Below are positions 53,019 through 64,000 of a stretch of DNA of 64,000 bases, one piece after another. Each line of letters opens with the position of its first letter. Position 1 is the first letter of the stretch. Made by a program: the position numbers and the translations under genes. The stretch covers positions 1,223,601 to 1,287,600 of the forward strand of contig NMRA01000005.1 in the NCBI GenBank assembly GCA_002633005.1, read 5' to 3'. The notes beneath the pieces were generated by a model. The model did not search any database and was not told the origin of the DNA. It was given only the letters and a program-made list of their open reading frames with translations. This stretch comes from Phoronis australis. Lineage: Eukaryota; Animalia; Phoronida.

Positions 53019-53375
53019 GTTAGTTTTAATCACTTATCAGAAGTATGGTTTGCTGTAAAACTGTTTGAAGTTTTATTATATTTTTCTGTTTGTGTTCATG
53101 ATATAAGATGGAATTCTGATCATTAGTATTTGTATTAGACTTGATGAGTGTGTAGGACTTTGAAAGCTTATTGTACTCATCTTTGGGAGAAATTAATTTA
53201 AAACTGTTACGCAATTTTTTTGCATAAGTGATAAAAATGTGATGGTGCGTTGATTATAAGCAAATACTACACACTAGGTCTTCACCTGTTTAGCTGTATG
53301 GCAGACAAGAAAAATTTTAGTTTGTCAAATTTTGCAACTAAAGTAATTTGGTTTGCAGTGTACAGATGGCTGTTT

Positions 53376-53505
53376 AAGTTTACAATATTTACACTTGTAG
53401 GTAAAGTTTATGATATTTACACTTGTAGGTAAAGTTTACAATATTTACACTTGTAGATAAAGTTTACAATATTTAAACTTGTAAAGTTTACAATATTTAC
53501 ACTTG
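53376..53505. repeat. ~28-bp minisatellite
   Basis: AAGTTTACAATATTTACACTTGTAGGTA x ~4.5. Confidence 0.85.
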
Positions 53506-54144
53506 AAGTTAATCAGCCTTTGGAAAATAAAAATATGACAATTTTGGAAATTATTTTTGTGCGAAATAAGTAAAGAACTATTGCACTACTTTTGAATTAC
53601 TGAGAGATAGAACTTTTTATTAATATGCTAATTAAGCGTGCGAAAATGACAAGCATTTCTTCCCACGATGGTGTCAGTTTTAACATTCACTCGGAGTAGT
53701 GGAACATGCTGCGTTTGAAATGAAGTTGTCATATTTTAGGGGGTTCGTCAGCTCCATAATTTTCTGAAATGTTTTTTTATTGTTAAATGCTCTAGATGTT
53801 TTCTGTGTCCAACTATAAAATGAAGTTCAATCATGGCAAGGACATTTTAATCAACTGATTTTGTAATTTTCATTACGATTTTTGAATTAACAGTTACTTA
53901 AGATCAAATGATTCAGTGAAGTTGTAAGTAACTTACCTTTTAGGTGATATGTGGTAACTGTGTAGTATATCATGTTTTAACCTTTAAATCTTAGGTGTTT
54001 GCTGTTGTAAATTATGTAAGTATTTTTATTGATAATTTATCTGATAATTTTCATTGGTGTCAGAACACTTTTCGACGGAAGACTGCAGACCTCCAACAGA
54101 TGAAAATATTGCCTACTTATGTCAGCCGTTCATGTTGCATTCAG

Positions 54145-54349
54145 GTTCATAAACTACGGAAAGAGAACCAGGGTCACGATGGTGAGATTAAGGTGTTACG
54201 TGACAGTCTACACCAGAAGGAGGCTGAACTGAACGGTCTGAAGCAAGAAAAGGTTCACATTATTGACCAGCACATGAGGGAACACACTGAGAAACAGAGA
54301 GAGTTTGAGCGCGTACGAGAACGCATCACCACACAACTGCAGTTTAAAG
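54145..54349 (+). CDS. ATRIP: ATRIP coiled-coil exon
   Basis: attcag|VHKLRKENQGHDGEIKVLRDSLHQKEAEL...TTQLQFK G|gtagaa (phase 0-1). Confidence 0.88.
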
Positions 54350-54944
54350 GTAGAATACTGACTCCTGGTGGCTATTGATTGTACTGTAAAATCTCATCAA
54401 TGCGAGCCAAATAATTGCTAAAATTACTTTTTTCTGCAATAATCACTTGCAGGAGTCTCAGAGTCTGTGAACCATTTTCATGCCCATTATCCAGTGGAAA
54501 AAACTGGTTATTAAAATAATTTTGGGGAAATTTCCACAACTTTTCCAAATATTTATACTGGTAGCTGTTAAACAGTACCTGAACACGGAAAAACATGAAA
54601 CTGGTGCTATTTCGTAGAAAAATGGGAAAATTTAACTTCCCTTGTTTGCCAAACTGTGTCCTAAATTGATGAGATTTTACTGCTGTTCAATAGATCGCTA
54701 CCATTACTGCAAACTAACCGCGCCTTTGCTCTTGACTGCTTGGTTCTTATTTAGTTCGAGTTCAGGTAAGAAGTTGCTGTTGTCAAATACATTGTGTTGT
54801 TTCTGGTGTTTTGATATTACTGTCTCAAATTGATACCACATAAAAAATTACAATAACATAGAAACATAACGAATATTAAATAAATTTAAGTGTAATCTTT
54901 GGACTTTGCTAAACATGAGAACATGTTTTATCCAATTTTTCAAG

Positions 54945-55310
54945 AGCGTGAGTTGCAAGAGTCACAGAGCCAGTTCCGTGGATTGGAGAAGAAACTTCAG
55001 CAAGCACGAAAAGAAAGCCAAAATTCAGTCGGCTACTCGGACCATTCTGATTCATCGAATAAAACGTCGCCGAAATCGAAATACCGGAAAACAAAGCAGT
55101 TGCGATCGGATGACTCGCCTCAAGGATTCCCTACACCGCATTCTTTTGGCGCCATTGAAAAGATGCAGCCCATCTGTAGCACTGTCACGATGTCAACAAA
55201 ATGTACAGATACGCATGACTTGGTAGAGGGGGGTGGTCTCCGTAGTCGTATTACTTCTTATGTCGAGGAAACACCACCTGTTGATAGATTACACATAAGT
55301 ATGCCTCAAG
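54945..55310 (+). CDS. ATRIP: ATRIP coding exon
   Basis: ttcaag|AG CGT..., ERELQESQSQF...GFPTPHSF...HISMPQ G|gtaagc (phase 1-1). Confidence 0.85.
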
Positions 55311-55436
55311 GTAAGCAGAGCGCCATCTTGTGGTGACGGATGGTTAGCTATGTGGCACTCCCATTCCCACTCGTCTGCGGAAATATTTTACTAACTATTA
55401 AGGTGAGGTCATTGTTTCCGCAAAACAAACAAATGC

Positions 55437-55869
55437 TACCGGGATTTTCTGTAGATAAGCCCGTGAGCGTGTATTCAGAAATGAAAACTTTCATACGTTT
55501 TAGTAACACTAAATAAATGCCTTGTTGTTTATTCGGTAAAGGGAGCGTGTAAACGGAAAGTCATAGGTTTCCTTACTGTGACATTTTTTCTTAAAAATGT
55601 GTGTTTAAGTTTTATGTTAATAAATGCATAGTTCACCAGAACTGTGTTTGTTTTTATAAATGATAAATGTTCCCCAAACCTGAATTTGTGACTGAAAGTT
55701 GACACTTAGTGGGCTTTTAAGAGGAAAGTTTTGCTAATTAACACCCCACTATCTGGACACTTGACACCTGTCAGTTGTTACACCAAATAAACACCCATTG
55801 GGCATTATTTTATGAATAAACACCCATGGGGGTTTCATCGGGTGGGCTTATCTACGGAAAACTCTGGTA
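55437..55869. mobile_element. TA-flanked MITE family D
   Basis: TA-CCGGGATTTTCTGTAGATAAGCCC ... GGGCTTATCTACGGAAAACTCTGG-TA. Confidence 0.75.
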
Positions 55870-55979
55870 ATCGTAAGTTGTAATTGAATTGCCCACAAAT
55901 ACATCATTTACTTGTGTACCTTGTTTCTTATAAAAAAGCTTACTTCTCTATGCTGTGCATCGTTTCATTCGAATTCCAG

Positions 55980-56130
55980 GTGTTGTGAGTGCTTCACAAC
56001 TTGTGAGCCATCTTCTATCCAAGGACCAATCCAATAGTATTGTACCGCTCTTGAGTGAACGTCCAATGAAGTTTGACTTCCAACAGTTGAAACAACACAA
56101 AATGGCCACCTCTCCCTCCAAATCAAAAAG
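55980..56130 (+). CDS. ATRIP: ATRIP coding exon
   Basis: ttccag|GT GTT..., GVVSASQLVSHLLSKDQSNSIVPLLSERP...SPSKSK AG|gtaatt (phase 1-2). Confidence 0.82.
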
Positions 56131-56179
56131 GTAATTACTTAGGAAGACTAGTTGTATCCATTGCTCTTCAACCTTCATA

Positions 56180-57785
56180 CAAGGCTTGGAATTTTCCGTG
56201 GAAACGCGGATTTCTTCTTTTTCCTTTTAGTCCTTCTGCGTATTTTTGTTATACTTCCGCAGAAAAAAATTGGATTTGCCATGAAATTATCACGGCAAAT
56301 TGGTTTTCCACCGTGGCGTTGCCGACGGCTCGAAAAGCGGAAACTGCTCTTTATGTTTCGGAGGAACGGAAATTGTAATTGCGGAGAACAGGCGCTCGAA
56401 TTTCCCGGTGACTCGTAACCATATACAAGAAACATGCTTTCTTAGTAGTGAGTGATGTCAGAGGCAATCGAGGAACAGATAATTTCAAGCGCCTGTGCCT
56501 GGGATAGCGTGGTTCATCATTGGCGTCTGCATTTGGTATAAAATAGCGGCGTCAAATAGTGCGATTCTGCGGTCAAAAATGCATGGAGCATGGAGTAGAC
56601 AGAATATTTCGTGGAAAAGTGGAGAAACGGTCAATGTCTTCACAAACAACGTAAGTCAAGGTTTGTTCTCTGTAAACTTTGAGAGAGGAACAGTTACGGA
56701 GTTCGTGGGCGAGACGCCTCGGACTAAGTTGGAGTCGGAGGACCGACTGAAAACGATGAAACGCTAGAAATAACAACGCTTCCTGAAAGGAAATTCAACC
56801 GTAACCGGTTATTCGTTCGATTGGAATCGTGGGGTGTGAGTGATGTATGAAATTCTTTTGTTTGATCCCACATGCATGCGCCCGTTGTCGTTGGCTGCTA
56901 AGCCCTAGCTAAGGCCTGACCGCTTGAGTGTGATTTTCTACGTGCTGCCGAAACAGGATACAAAGTGCTTATTTCCTTACTGCAAATGCGCTTTAAATTG
57001 CCTTTTATGTATTTCAATTTGTCTTGACATTTTCCGTGTTCTATTTTGTGACTCGAGTTTTGCAGTTTTAGAGAAGTGATCATGTGACAGATTCTGAATG
57101 ATCTGATTGGTCTAAGCCATTGTCTGCAAATTCTGCCAAACTATTTTCAGTGTCCTGATAGAACTTTATTTCTTATGTCACATAGTTTCTTCTACACCAG
57201 CGTGGCTTATGAACAATTAACTCCTTTAATTACTGTTTGCAACTAAAAAGTTTGGCCAACTTAGGATTGTGATTAATGCACTCTATATAAAGTATGTTGT
57301 TTTTGACTTTCATTTTTCCATGCTAACAGTTGGAGTATGAGCCACAGGCTTCCGTCTTGACTTTTTTCCATTTGTGTTGGAAATAAAATCTTTCTTGGAA
57401 TTAAATGTTTATGTATTTCAGGTTTTCTAGATAATCTATGGATTGATTTTTATTTTTTTTTTGTAATTTTGTATCGTAATTATAAGAATTGAAAATCATT
57501 TTATAGGTCTCCCTCAGTGCAACAAATCAAGAATAAGCTCCTGCCACTCAGACTGCAAATTTTTCATCATTATCATTATTATTTTAATTTAAAAAAATAT
57601 TTTTTGTTGCATCTAATTGCCTTCATTGTTGTTGCTGAAATAGATATCAGGTACTGCTTAAGATGAGTGCGTTTTGCCAACACGACACAGTAACTTTCGA
57701 TCTGTTGAGGTATGGTTTAGATTGAAATGTGTATTTAGGGCCGTAAAAATTTCCTCTTTTTTGTCATGGGTCATTCCAAGCCCTG
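56180..57785. mobile_element. 1.6-kb hAT-like non-autonomous element with 6-bp TSD
   Basis: CAAGGCTTGGAAT...ATTCCAAGCCCTG flanked by TTCATA on both sides; same TIR as 41913-42153. Confidence 0.8.
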
Positions 57786-57805
57786 TTCATAGCAGTAGAG
57801 CATAA

Positions 57806-57842
57806 TATGTATGTATGTATGTATGTATGTATATAAGTATGT
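57806..57842. repeat. (TATG)n microsatellite
   Basis: Directly visible. Confidence 0.9.
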
Positions 57843-58586
57843 GCGCAATGTAAACGTAGTAATAACAACCGTTAGTAAAGCACAATATCAATATTCGGTA
57901 GATGGAAACAAGTATCCTGAGCACTGTATTAAAGTAGCATTTTGCCTCGTTTGATTGACTAAAAATGAAAATCGAATTGGTCTTCTGCTCAGATAAAATT
58001 GGGCTTGCCAGATTCCTTGCCCATCTAGCATTCTATTTAGGTCACCAACTGTGACCCAATTTTATGAGAGTAGAAGGCCACGTTCAATATTCGTTTTTTC
58101 ACCGGATAAGCGGGCACAGTCCAGCTTTAAGCTTGCGCCAACGCTTTTTAGAAGCACGTTGAGCATATTGTGCCAAACTAAGTCTCGTGCTCATCACCTT
58201 GTTTAGTTGAAAGTTGACCTAGGAAGAATGAATGAAAGCATTGTTTGCTTTTAAACATATCATAGACTTAATTAGTGTCAACATACGGTAAACCTTGCTT
58301 GTTGAATCTTATTTCAATTCGAAGTTAAGTATATGATTTGGTTGTTTTAGTGCATGCTCATGGCCCTTTGGATATTGGATAAGTTATCATACCTGGACAA
58401 ACTATCTACGTCCAGAAGGCTCAAACATAGGCAAATTATGCTGTTTCCCCGTTTGACGTCTTTCGTTAAAGATTGCATGGCCAGGTTGTGTTTACAATCC
58501 ATGCAAACACTTTTTGAATAGAGCAGTTTCTTCAGTATTTCACTACTCAGCATATCTTGCCTGACAGTATGTGATTTTACTTTCAG

Positions 58587-59361
58587 TTCTCAATTTGGGA
58601 CCAGTGCTAAAACCAACAACAGCAAAATGAAACAGACAGCACAGCCTATTGTCAGTCACCAAAACCATTCTGCTGCAATGGATGCCATACAAAACCTTCT
58701 TGGTGCAAGTGGTTCTGGAGCTGTATCCAAGGAAACAGATTTGCTGCTGGGACTTGTAAATCCCCGATTATTGTTTACGTTTACCGGGTCTGCCCCAGAA
58801 GTGACAGCCAGAGAATTTGCTGCAACATGGGTAGCTGGCGATGCTATATGTCTTCTTCCGTTATTGCATGACTACCTGCGGGCATACTTGGAGTGTCTTT
58901 ACAATTCCTGGATTTTTGACAAGACAAGTTTGGACATGGACGCTGGTAGCAATGTCTCGCTTCAGGAGTCCTTGAACTCGAGTAGGGAGTATGCAACTAC
59001 ATTGAAGACTAGGACATTTACATCACTGGAGATCATTAGGTCTCTGGTTTACTATTGTAAGCCGGTGGCTGTGGAACTTGCAAGCAAGACGCTGCGAACT
59101 AGTGAAACGAAGACGATACTGTCAAAAACGACTGATGCAGGGCCAGAGGTCGTTGTCGTAGATTCTGATGAAGACTCTCAGCCTCGTCCGAGCACATCTA
59201 AACTACAACTTAGTCGAAAATTAAAAAGGACGAGTGACTTTGGGAAAACTGTACCCACGACGATGGAAAGTATTAACGAAGCCACTGAAAGTCTTCTGTC
59301 GGACAGCAGCCATATTGTTGACACTGTTGTTGATATTTTGTTGTTTTTGGTCAAAGAGAGG
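58587..59361 (+). CDS. ATRIP: ATRIP large internal exon
   Basis: tttcag|T TCT CAA..., in frame with track ORF 58627; includes ICLLPLLHDYL; ends LVKER|gtgagt (phase 2-0). Confidence 0.87.
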
Positions 59362-60674
59362 GTGAGTTGCTGCTCTTTGAAATTTAGGCTCTTGCTGATA
59401 GAGTGCAAATGCAGTTATGGTGGGAATTGGGAATTTTTTCAGAATTGATTAATCAGAAACCATTTCCTATTCCAGGCTCAATTTTGAAAGACATTGTCAC
59501 TAAGTGCTGGTAAGGTTGTTCTCTATGATAGGTAATGCGACCAAATCAAAACACGGAGGTTTTGTTTCTCTAGCAATTATCAGATGACGTTCCCCTACGG
59601 TACCAGATAAAGATTTGCGAGCAGCTGAGGTGACTTTGCCCCATTTAAGTGACTTATTAATTTTTTGCAATGTTAGATGAAGATTTCCAGTAGTGCCACA
59701 CATGTGAAATTTCAATTTCTTGTGTGGTCGCGAAATCAGTTTGGAAGTAATGTTCTTTTTAGTGGCATTGTCTACGTCAAGTCAACAAATTTAATACTAA
59801 CATGCTGTTGCAATTTCATACTTTACTACCCAAACTTATACAAATTTTTCCTTACTCGCTACCTAAAAGGTAAATTGTAAACCAGCTTGATGTTCCTCAC
59901 AAAATATGTGTGTAACATTGCTATGGAATGATGATAACCTGGTTCCCATCTATCCATTTATGGCATCAACAAGTAAAGTCTGTCAAACTACCATTCATTT
60001 TGAACCCCTTCAGCATTGGTCTGTTTGGTGTCATTCGCATGTGTTCACTCAATTGGTTTTGTTGGTAGACAAGGTAGTCAAGTTCATAATTAGCTTAATT
60101 ATGATGTAAGCAGAAATATACTGAGTGTTTTACTGGAGCTTCAATATTGTGTAATGAAACGTTTTCTGTTTGGTGTGATGTCATCTCCTAAGAGTGTTGG
60201 ATGTTTTCATTCTCTCAATTTAACGACTGAATGAGAATATATCCATGTACCTAACCCATATTGTCAACTACTTGAAAGCCTCTTTGGGTTGGTACGATAT
60301 TGTACAAGACGAAGGTAATCAGACAAAATACCGTTAATTTTCTCTCTGTCATAACAGCTAATTCTGTTAACAGCAAACATAACTGGAAATAACTATTAAG
60401 GTGCCAAATTCTAATTACAGAATAGCTTAACCACCTTACAGACTTGCCTGTAAATTCCCCTTCATTCTCAGTCATCAGTGGAGACTACTCTGATGCTAAA
60501 TGTGGCTTCCTATCATGACAGGGAATTACCGGTCATTTTGTCGGAATACTTTTGGCTTGTTCTGTAATTTTGACAATTGACTGAGCACAGTCTGTCTTCT
60601 CAAAAGTTCAAGTTAAAATTGTGTGTTACTGGGCTTTTATTTGAACTATCTAGTTGTTTTACTCCTTGTTACAG

Positions 60675-60766
60675 GCCATGGATAAGAATGCTGTTGCTAT
60701 GGCTTGTTCTTGCTTGGATACACTTAGTGCTGTTGCCGAGGCATTAGACCGCGAGCAGCTGGACAG
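60675..60766 (+). CDS. ATRIP: ATRIP coding exon
   Basis: ttacag|AMDKNAVAMACSCLDTLSAVAEALDREQLD AG|gtttgt (phase 0-2). Confidence 0.82.
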
Positions 60767-61079
60767 GTTTGTTGAATAGGGACTGAAGATGGTCAAATAA
60801 AAGTAGAACTTATTTCAATATACGGGGGATCTTCGAAGTAGTTTAAGGTTGGAAAAAGTTTTCGTGGAGTTCTTTCGAGATTGTTCTGTGGATCTGCCAT
60901 GAGTCACATACATGCCAAATGTGGTCAGGTTGCCATTGTTTTTCTCAATTTCTGATATTTGAAATGACAGTCAAAATATGGTAATCACCTGTCCACAGAG
61001 GTGTCTCCAGATGTCTATAATCAAGCTTTGTACAAAGCTGAATGTGAGCGCTGTAATCAACAGCGAGTTTTATTCCAAA

Positions 61080-61340
61080 AGAGCTCCTTTGGGGTTTTAT
61101 CATGCAATAACGATTGTAAGTGATTTTTACCTCAAGGGATACTGGACATTTCTTACAGAGCCTCCTGGGATACCTGTCAGAAATTCTTGGAAAATGTCTT
61201 GATTGTTACAATTTACGGGCTGCCCAAGGCTGCTCGTGCACTTACGAACAGACCTCCTCACTTACGAACTCAGACCTGGACACTCATTTCACTGGCTCAC
61301 AAACTTGTGGCAGCACTGCCCAAAGAATGGCTTATGCACC
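61080..61340 (+). mobile_element. Possible degenerate L1/Tx1-like ORF2 fragment
   Basis: Frameshifted peptides LSCNNDCK*FLPQGI / FLQSLLGYLSEI / KLVAALPKEW resemble motifs C-terminal to the RT of Tx1-like LINEs (from memory, not searched). Confidence 0.35.
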
Positions 61341-61914
61341 CAAAAAGCACGACTCATGGACGCGCACCTACTAACAAACATGGCTCAAAGACTGTAAGCT
61401 CAGTTCCAGTACCACAGACTCTTCATTGCTCATCCTTGTCTTTGCTAGTAGATGTGAAATCATGAGTTGTGCTTTGTGAGTGGGGCAATAGTTTGTGAAT
61501 CAGTGGGATGAATTTAGTGGTTTGTGAGGCATGTTGTTCTTCTAGCCTGAACGTACATGGATGAGAACATAATGCAAGTCTACGCCTGATTACAGCAACA
61601 CTGAACCTTCAAACTGGAGTTTGTAGGTTGAATTTGAGGATCATTAAGTTCAAGTTTGGATTGTGTATTCACCTCACTAAATCAGACATTTGCTTTAAGT
61701 TATACTAAATGTAGAATTGAAATTATCAAAATTAAGTTGGAGTTTGACTTCAAAGTGTGACAATGTATTTCAATCTAGATGCATCTTCTCAGTTTTGAAT
61801 AAAAAGTAAGCTCATTGATGGTGGACACATCCTTTAAATATATAATATGTAAAAACTCGGCTGAGTCTAAAAGTCTATTCAAATCAACTGCTTTTCCATA
61901 TAATTTTCTACAAG

Positions 61915-62057
61915 GTTTGTTCCTGTTGTCAAGATGGCCGACTTTACCGCCATGTTAGATGCTGAGTGGGATATACTGTTACTCCAAAAGACTCTCAAGT
62001 TGATGTCTGCACTGGTGCCGTCCAATCATTTCGTCACGTGTCTTTGTACGCAGAATG
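61915..62057 (+). CDS. ATRIP: ATRIP coding exon
   Basis: tacaag|G TTT GTT..., FVPVVKMADFTAMLDAEWDILLLQKTLKLMSALVPSNHFVTCLCTQN G|gtaagt (phase 2-1). Confidence 0.84.
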
Positions 62058-62765
62058 GTAAGTCTGACGAAGTGGGCGAATTTAAAGGCTGTTTTTCTTT
62101 CAAAATGAGCGCCTGCAAATAGAATGCAGGTGGGTGAAATGATTGTTTTATAAAACAGCGTTTGGTGCATCACTGCCATTTGAGGTACAACTTCCATGTT
62201 TTCATTTGCTTTGTTAGTTATGTTGCATTTATTTTTTTTTAATTCCCGGCCGCACTGCCACAGTCCTGCATTCATGTTGGACTGAAACCATGTTGGAATT
62301 GAAATATGGTATAAATTTCACAATTAAACAACTGCATGCAAGCTACGTATAATTTTATGTGAGGACTTTGTTAGCTCAGGGCAAGTCCTATCCATAGGTT
62401 TCTTAAAAAGCTCGATTCTTTTCTGAAAATGTGTAAAGGAGAAAATAAAACCACTCCCACCTGTGTGACATTGGTTCAAATGCAGTGCGTCTGCATCAAA
62501 ATTGGCAAATTCAAAAATAATATTAAAGACATTTCTTGTTAACTTATTCTTTACTTGCCAGCGTTACTGTTATTATCAGACATGTTGTCACCATGTTTGC
62601 TATTGGTGAAGCGAATTAAATACGTCACCATTAGGATAATACTTACTATGAACTTGGAAGATGTTTAGACAGACTCGGTCTGCATTTGTCCTCATATGAA
62701 ATTCCCTTCACTAATCATTCACCAATGGGATTAAATTGTTCTGTTACATTTTTGTCATTTTTCAG

Positions 62766-62854
62766 ACGACTGTGTCTTGCTGGCTGTGTATTCGCTCTGC
62801 ACCCATCAGTTCAAGCTTTCAACACCAGGTGGTTCTCTGGAGCTGTATACTCGG
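62766..62854 (+). CDS. ATRIP: ATRIP coding exon
   Basis: tttcag|AC GAC..., DDCVLLAVYSLCTHQFKLSTPGGSLELYTR|gtatgg (phase 1-0). Confidence 0.83.
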
Positions 62855-63448
62855 GTATGGCACTTGACACTTGTAATGCTTTTTCAACTTTGTTGCCACG
62901 CAATATTTACAATTATGAAACTAAGCCCAGAAACCACAAAGAGTACATATTAATAATATGTGTGTGTGTCATAATAAAACTGAAAAAGTTTGAAATATTC
63001 AAGAATTCCAGTGCAGATTTATATGCAAGATTTCTGTTATGACTACAGAATTAAAATATAATTGATATTGATTGTAAAATGATAACAATTGTTTGAGAAT
63101 TATTGCTGGAATTATAATTTCAATATTTTTAAGTTTGAAATCATCTGTTATAAAGAAATGAAGTCCCCGGACTGGTCTTGTTTATTTTGTGTGTTTGTAA
63201 TCGAGTACGGTGTCATGCAGTGAACAGCATCATTGTAGTGTACTTAAATGTTGGTATGATACCACATTTTAACTTCACCCAACAAACTTCTTTCAGTTGA
63301 ATGAATTTCTGCCGAACTTTCCAGTTTTAAAGTCCAACAAAACGCCAGTTCTCATTCGGGAATTCTTTTGGAAATGCTATTACAGCGCTAGAAGAAAAAA
63401 CATTCAAAATGTGTAGTCAGTTGTTTTTATTACCCACAATTCTTGCAG

Positions 63449-63535
63449 ATCCTTCACTTCCTGTCACTGATTACCAGCTATCATAAGGGTGGAATAACGC
63501 TATTGATAGAGTCAGACTGTCACTGCAGTGTTGAG
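63449..63535 (+). CDS. ATRIP: ATRIP coding exon (last one inside the window)
   Basis: ttgcag|ILHFLSLITSYHKGGITLLIESDCHCSVE|gtgagt (phase 0-0). Confidence 0.84.
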
Positions 63536-64000
63536 GTGAGTGGTTGTAGAATAACACCCTTTTAACAATTGTGCAAAAACATATTTCTTAAAATCTTGTA
63601 TTAACATTCTACAGGTCGCAAATATTTTGTAAGAACGGGCAAGGCCAAAAATCTGGACCATACACTTATGGCGGCTTTCTTTAAATTTTCCTCTTAGGGC
63701 TGTTCCAGTAAAATCTGTATGGGAGGGGGGGGAAGGCACTTTTTTTTTGCACCCACCACCCATACTTTTCATTTTTTTCTTAAGCCCACCACCTATAATT
63801 TTTTATAAGTATGAAATGCAACCACCCATAATTTTTTTTTTAAATTTTTATGATCATTGTCAACAGTCACGAAGTTAGCGCATTTCTAAGTTTTGTAACA
63901 GAAATCTCACACATCGTTTTCTTCTCTGCACTAAGAAGTTTGCTGTTTTTTACTAAAACTGCTTCACAAATCTTTACTGGGGTCAGCAACTAGAGCCCCA

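Larger units (their letters stand above)
51856..63535 (+). other. ATRIP: Gene span (3'-incomplete): ATR-interacting protein
   Basis: Ten exons join in frame. N-terminal PPDKRQR and acidic DDELGITDEQMIDFEIMASQ (RPA-binding-like, SQ site), coiled coil GEIKVLRDSLHQ...QLQFKEREL, and C-terminal LCTQNDDCVLLAVY and SDCHCSVE motifs match ATRIP hallmarks recalled from the vertebrate protein. Confidence 0.87.

Noticed and set aside
61224-61240. 16-bp match CAAGGCTGCTCGTGCA shared with the 14-bp repeat near 35119
   Set aside because: Similarity does not extend on either side; treated as chance.

Overview
Eukaryotic, AT-rich, intron-containing genomic DNA, most likely from a marine invertebrate animal (the species cannot be determined from sequence alone). 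The window holds three spliced genes that the ORF track only partly shows. (1) Ca2+/calmodulin-dependent protein kinase I (CAMK1-like, + strand): 8 coding exons from 10429 to 35873; the first coding exon was not found and probably lies upstream of the window. (2) Complete NDUFB11 (complex I ESSS subunit, - strand): 3 exons, 157 aa, 46834..43473. (3) ATRIP (+ strand): 10 coding exons from 51856 to 63535, continuing past the window, head-to-head with NDUFB11. All exon phases were checked by hand and join in frame. Introns and the intergenic region are packed with non-autonomous DNA transposons: TA-flanked Tc1/mariner-pogo-like elements (one nested insertion whose empty site is visible in a second copy), Harbinger-like MITEs, hAT-like MITEs with atypical 5-bp and 6-bp target-site duplications, a Helentron/DINE-1-type element, fold-back elements and minisatellites. 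I found no intact transposase, RNA gene or clearly new multi-gene system. The most unusual local feature is a minisatellite that has amplified the CAMK1 exon-intron junction inside the calmodulin-binding helix, creating extra splice donors and a candidate microexon. One N at 26501 with flanking duplicated sequence is probably an assembly or haplotype join.
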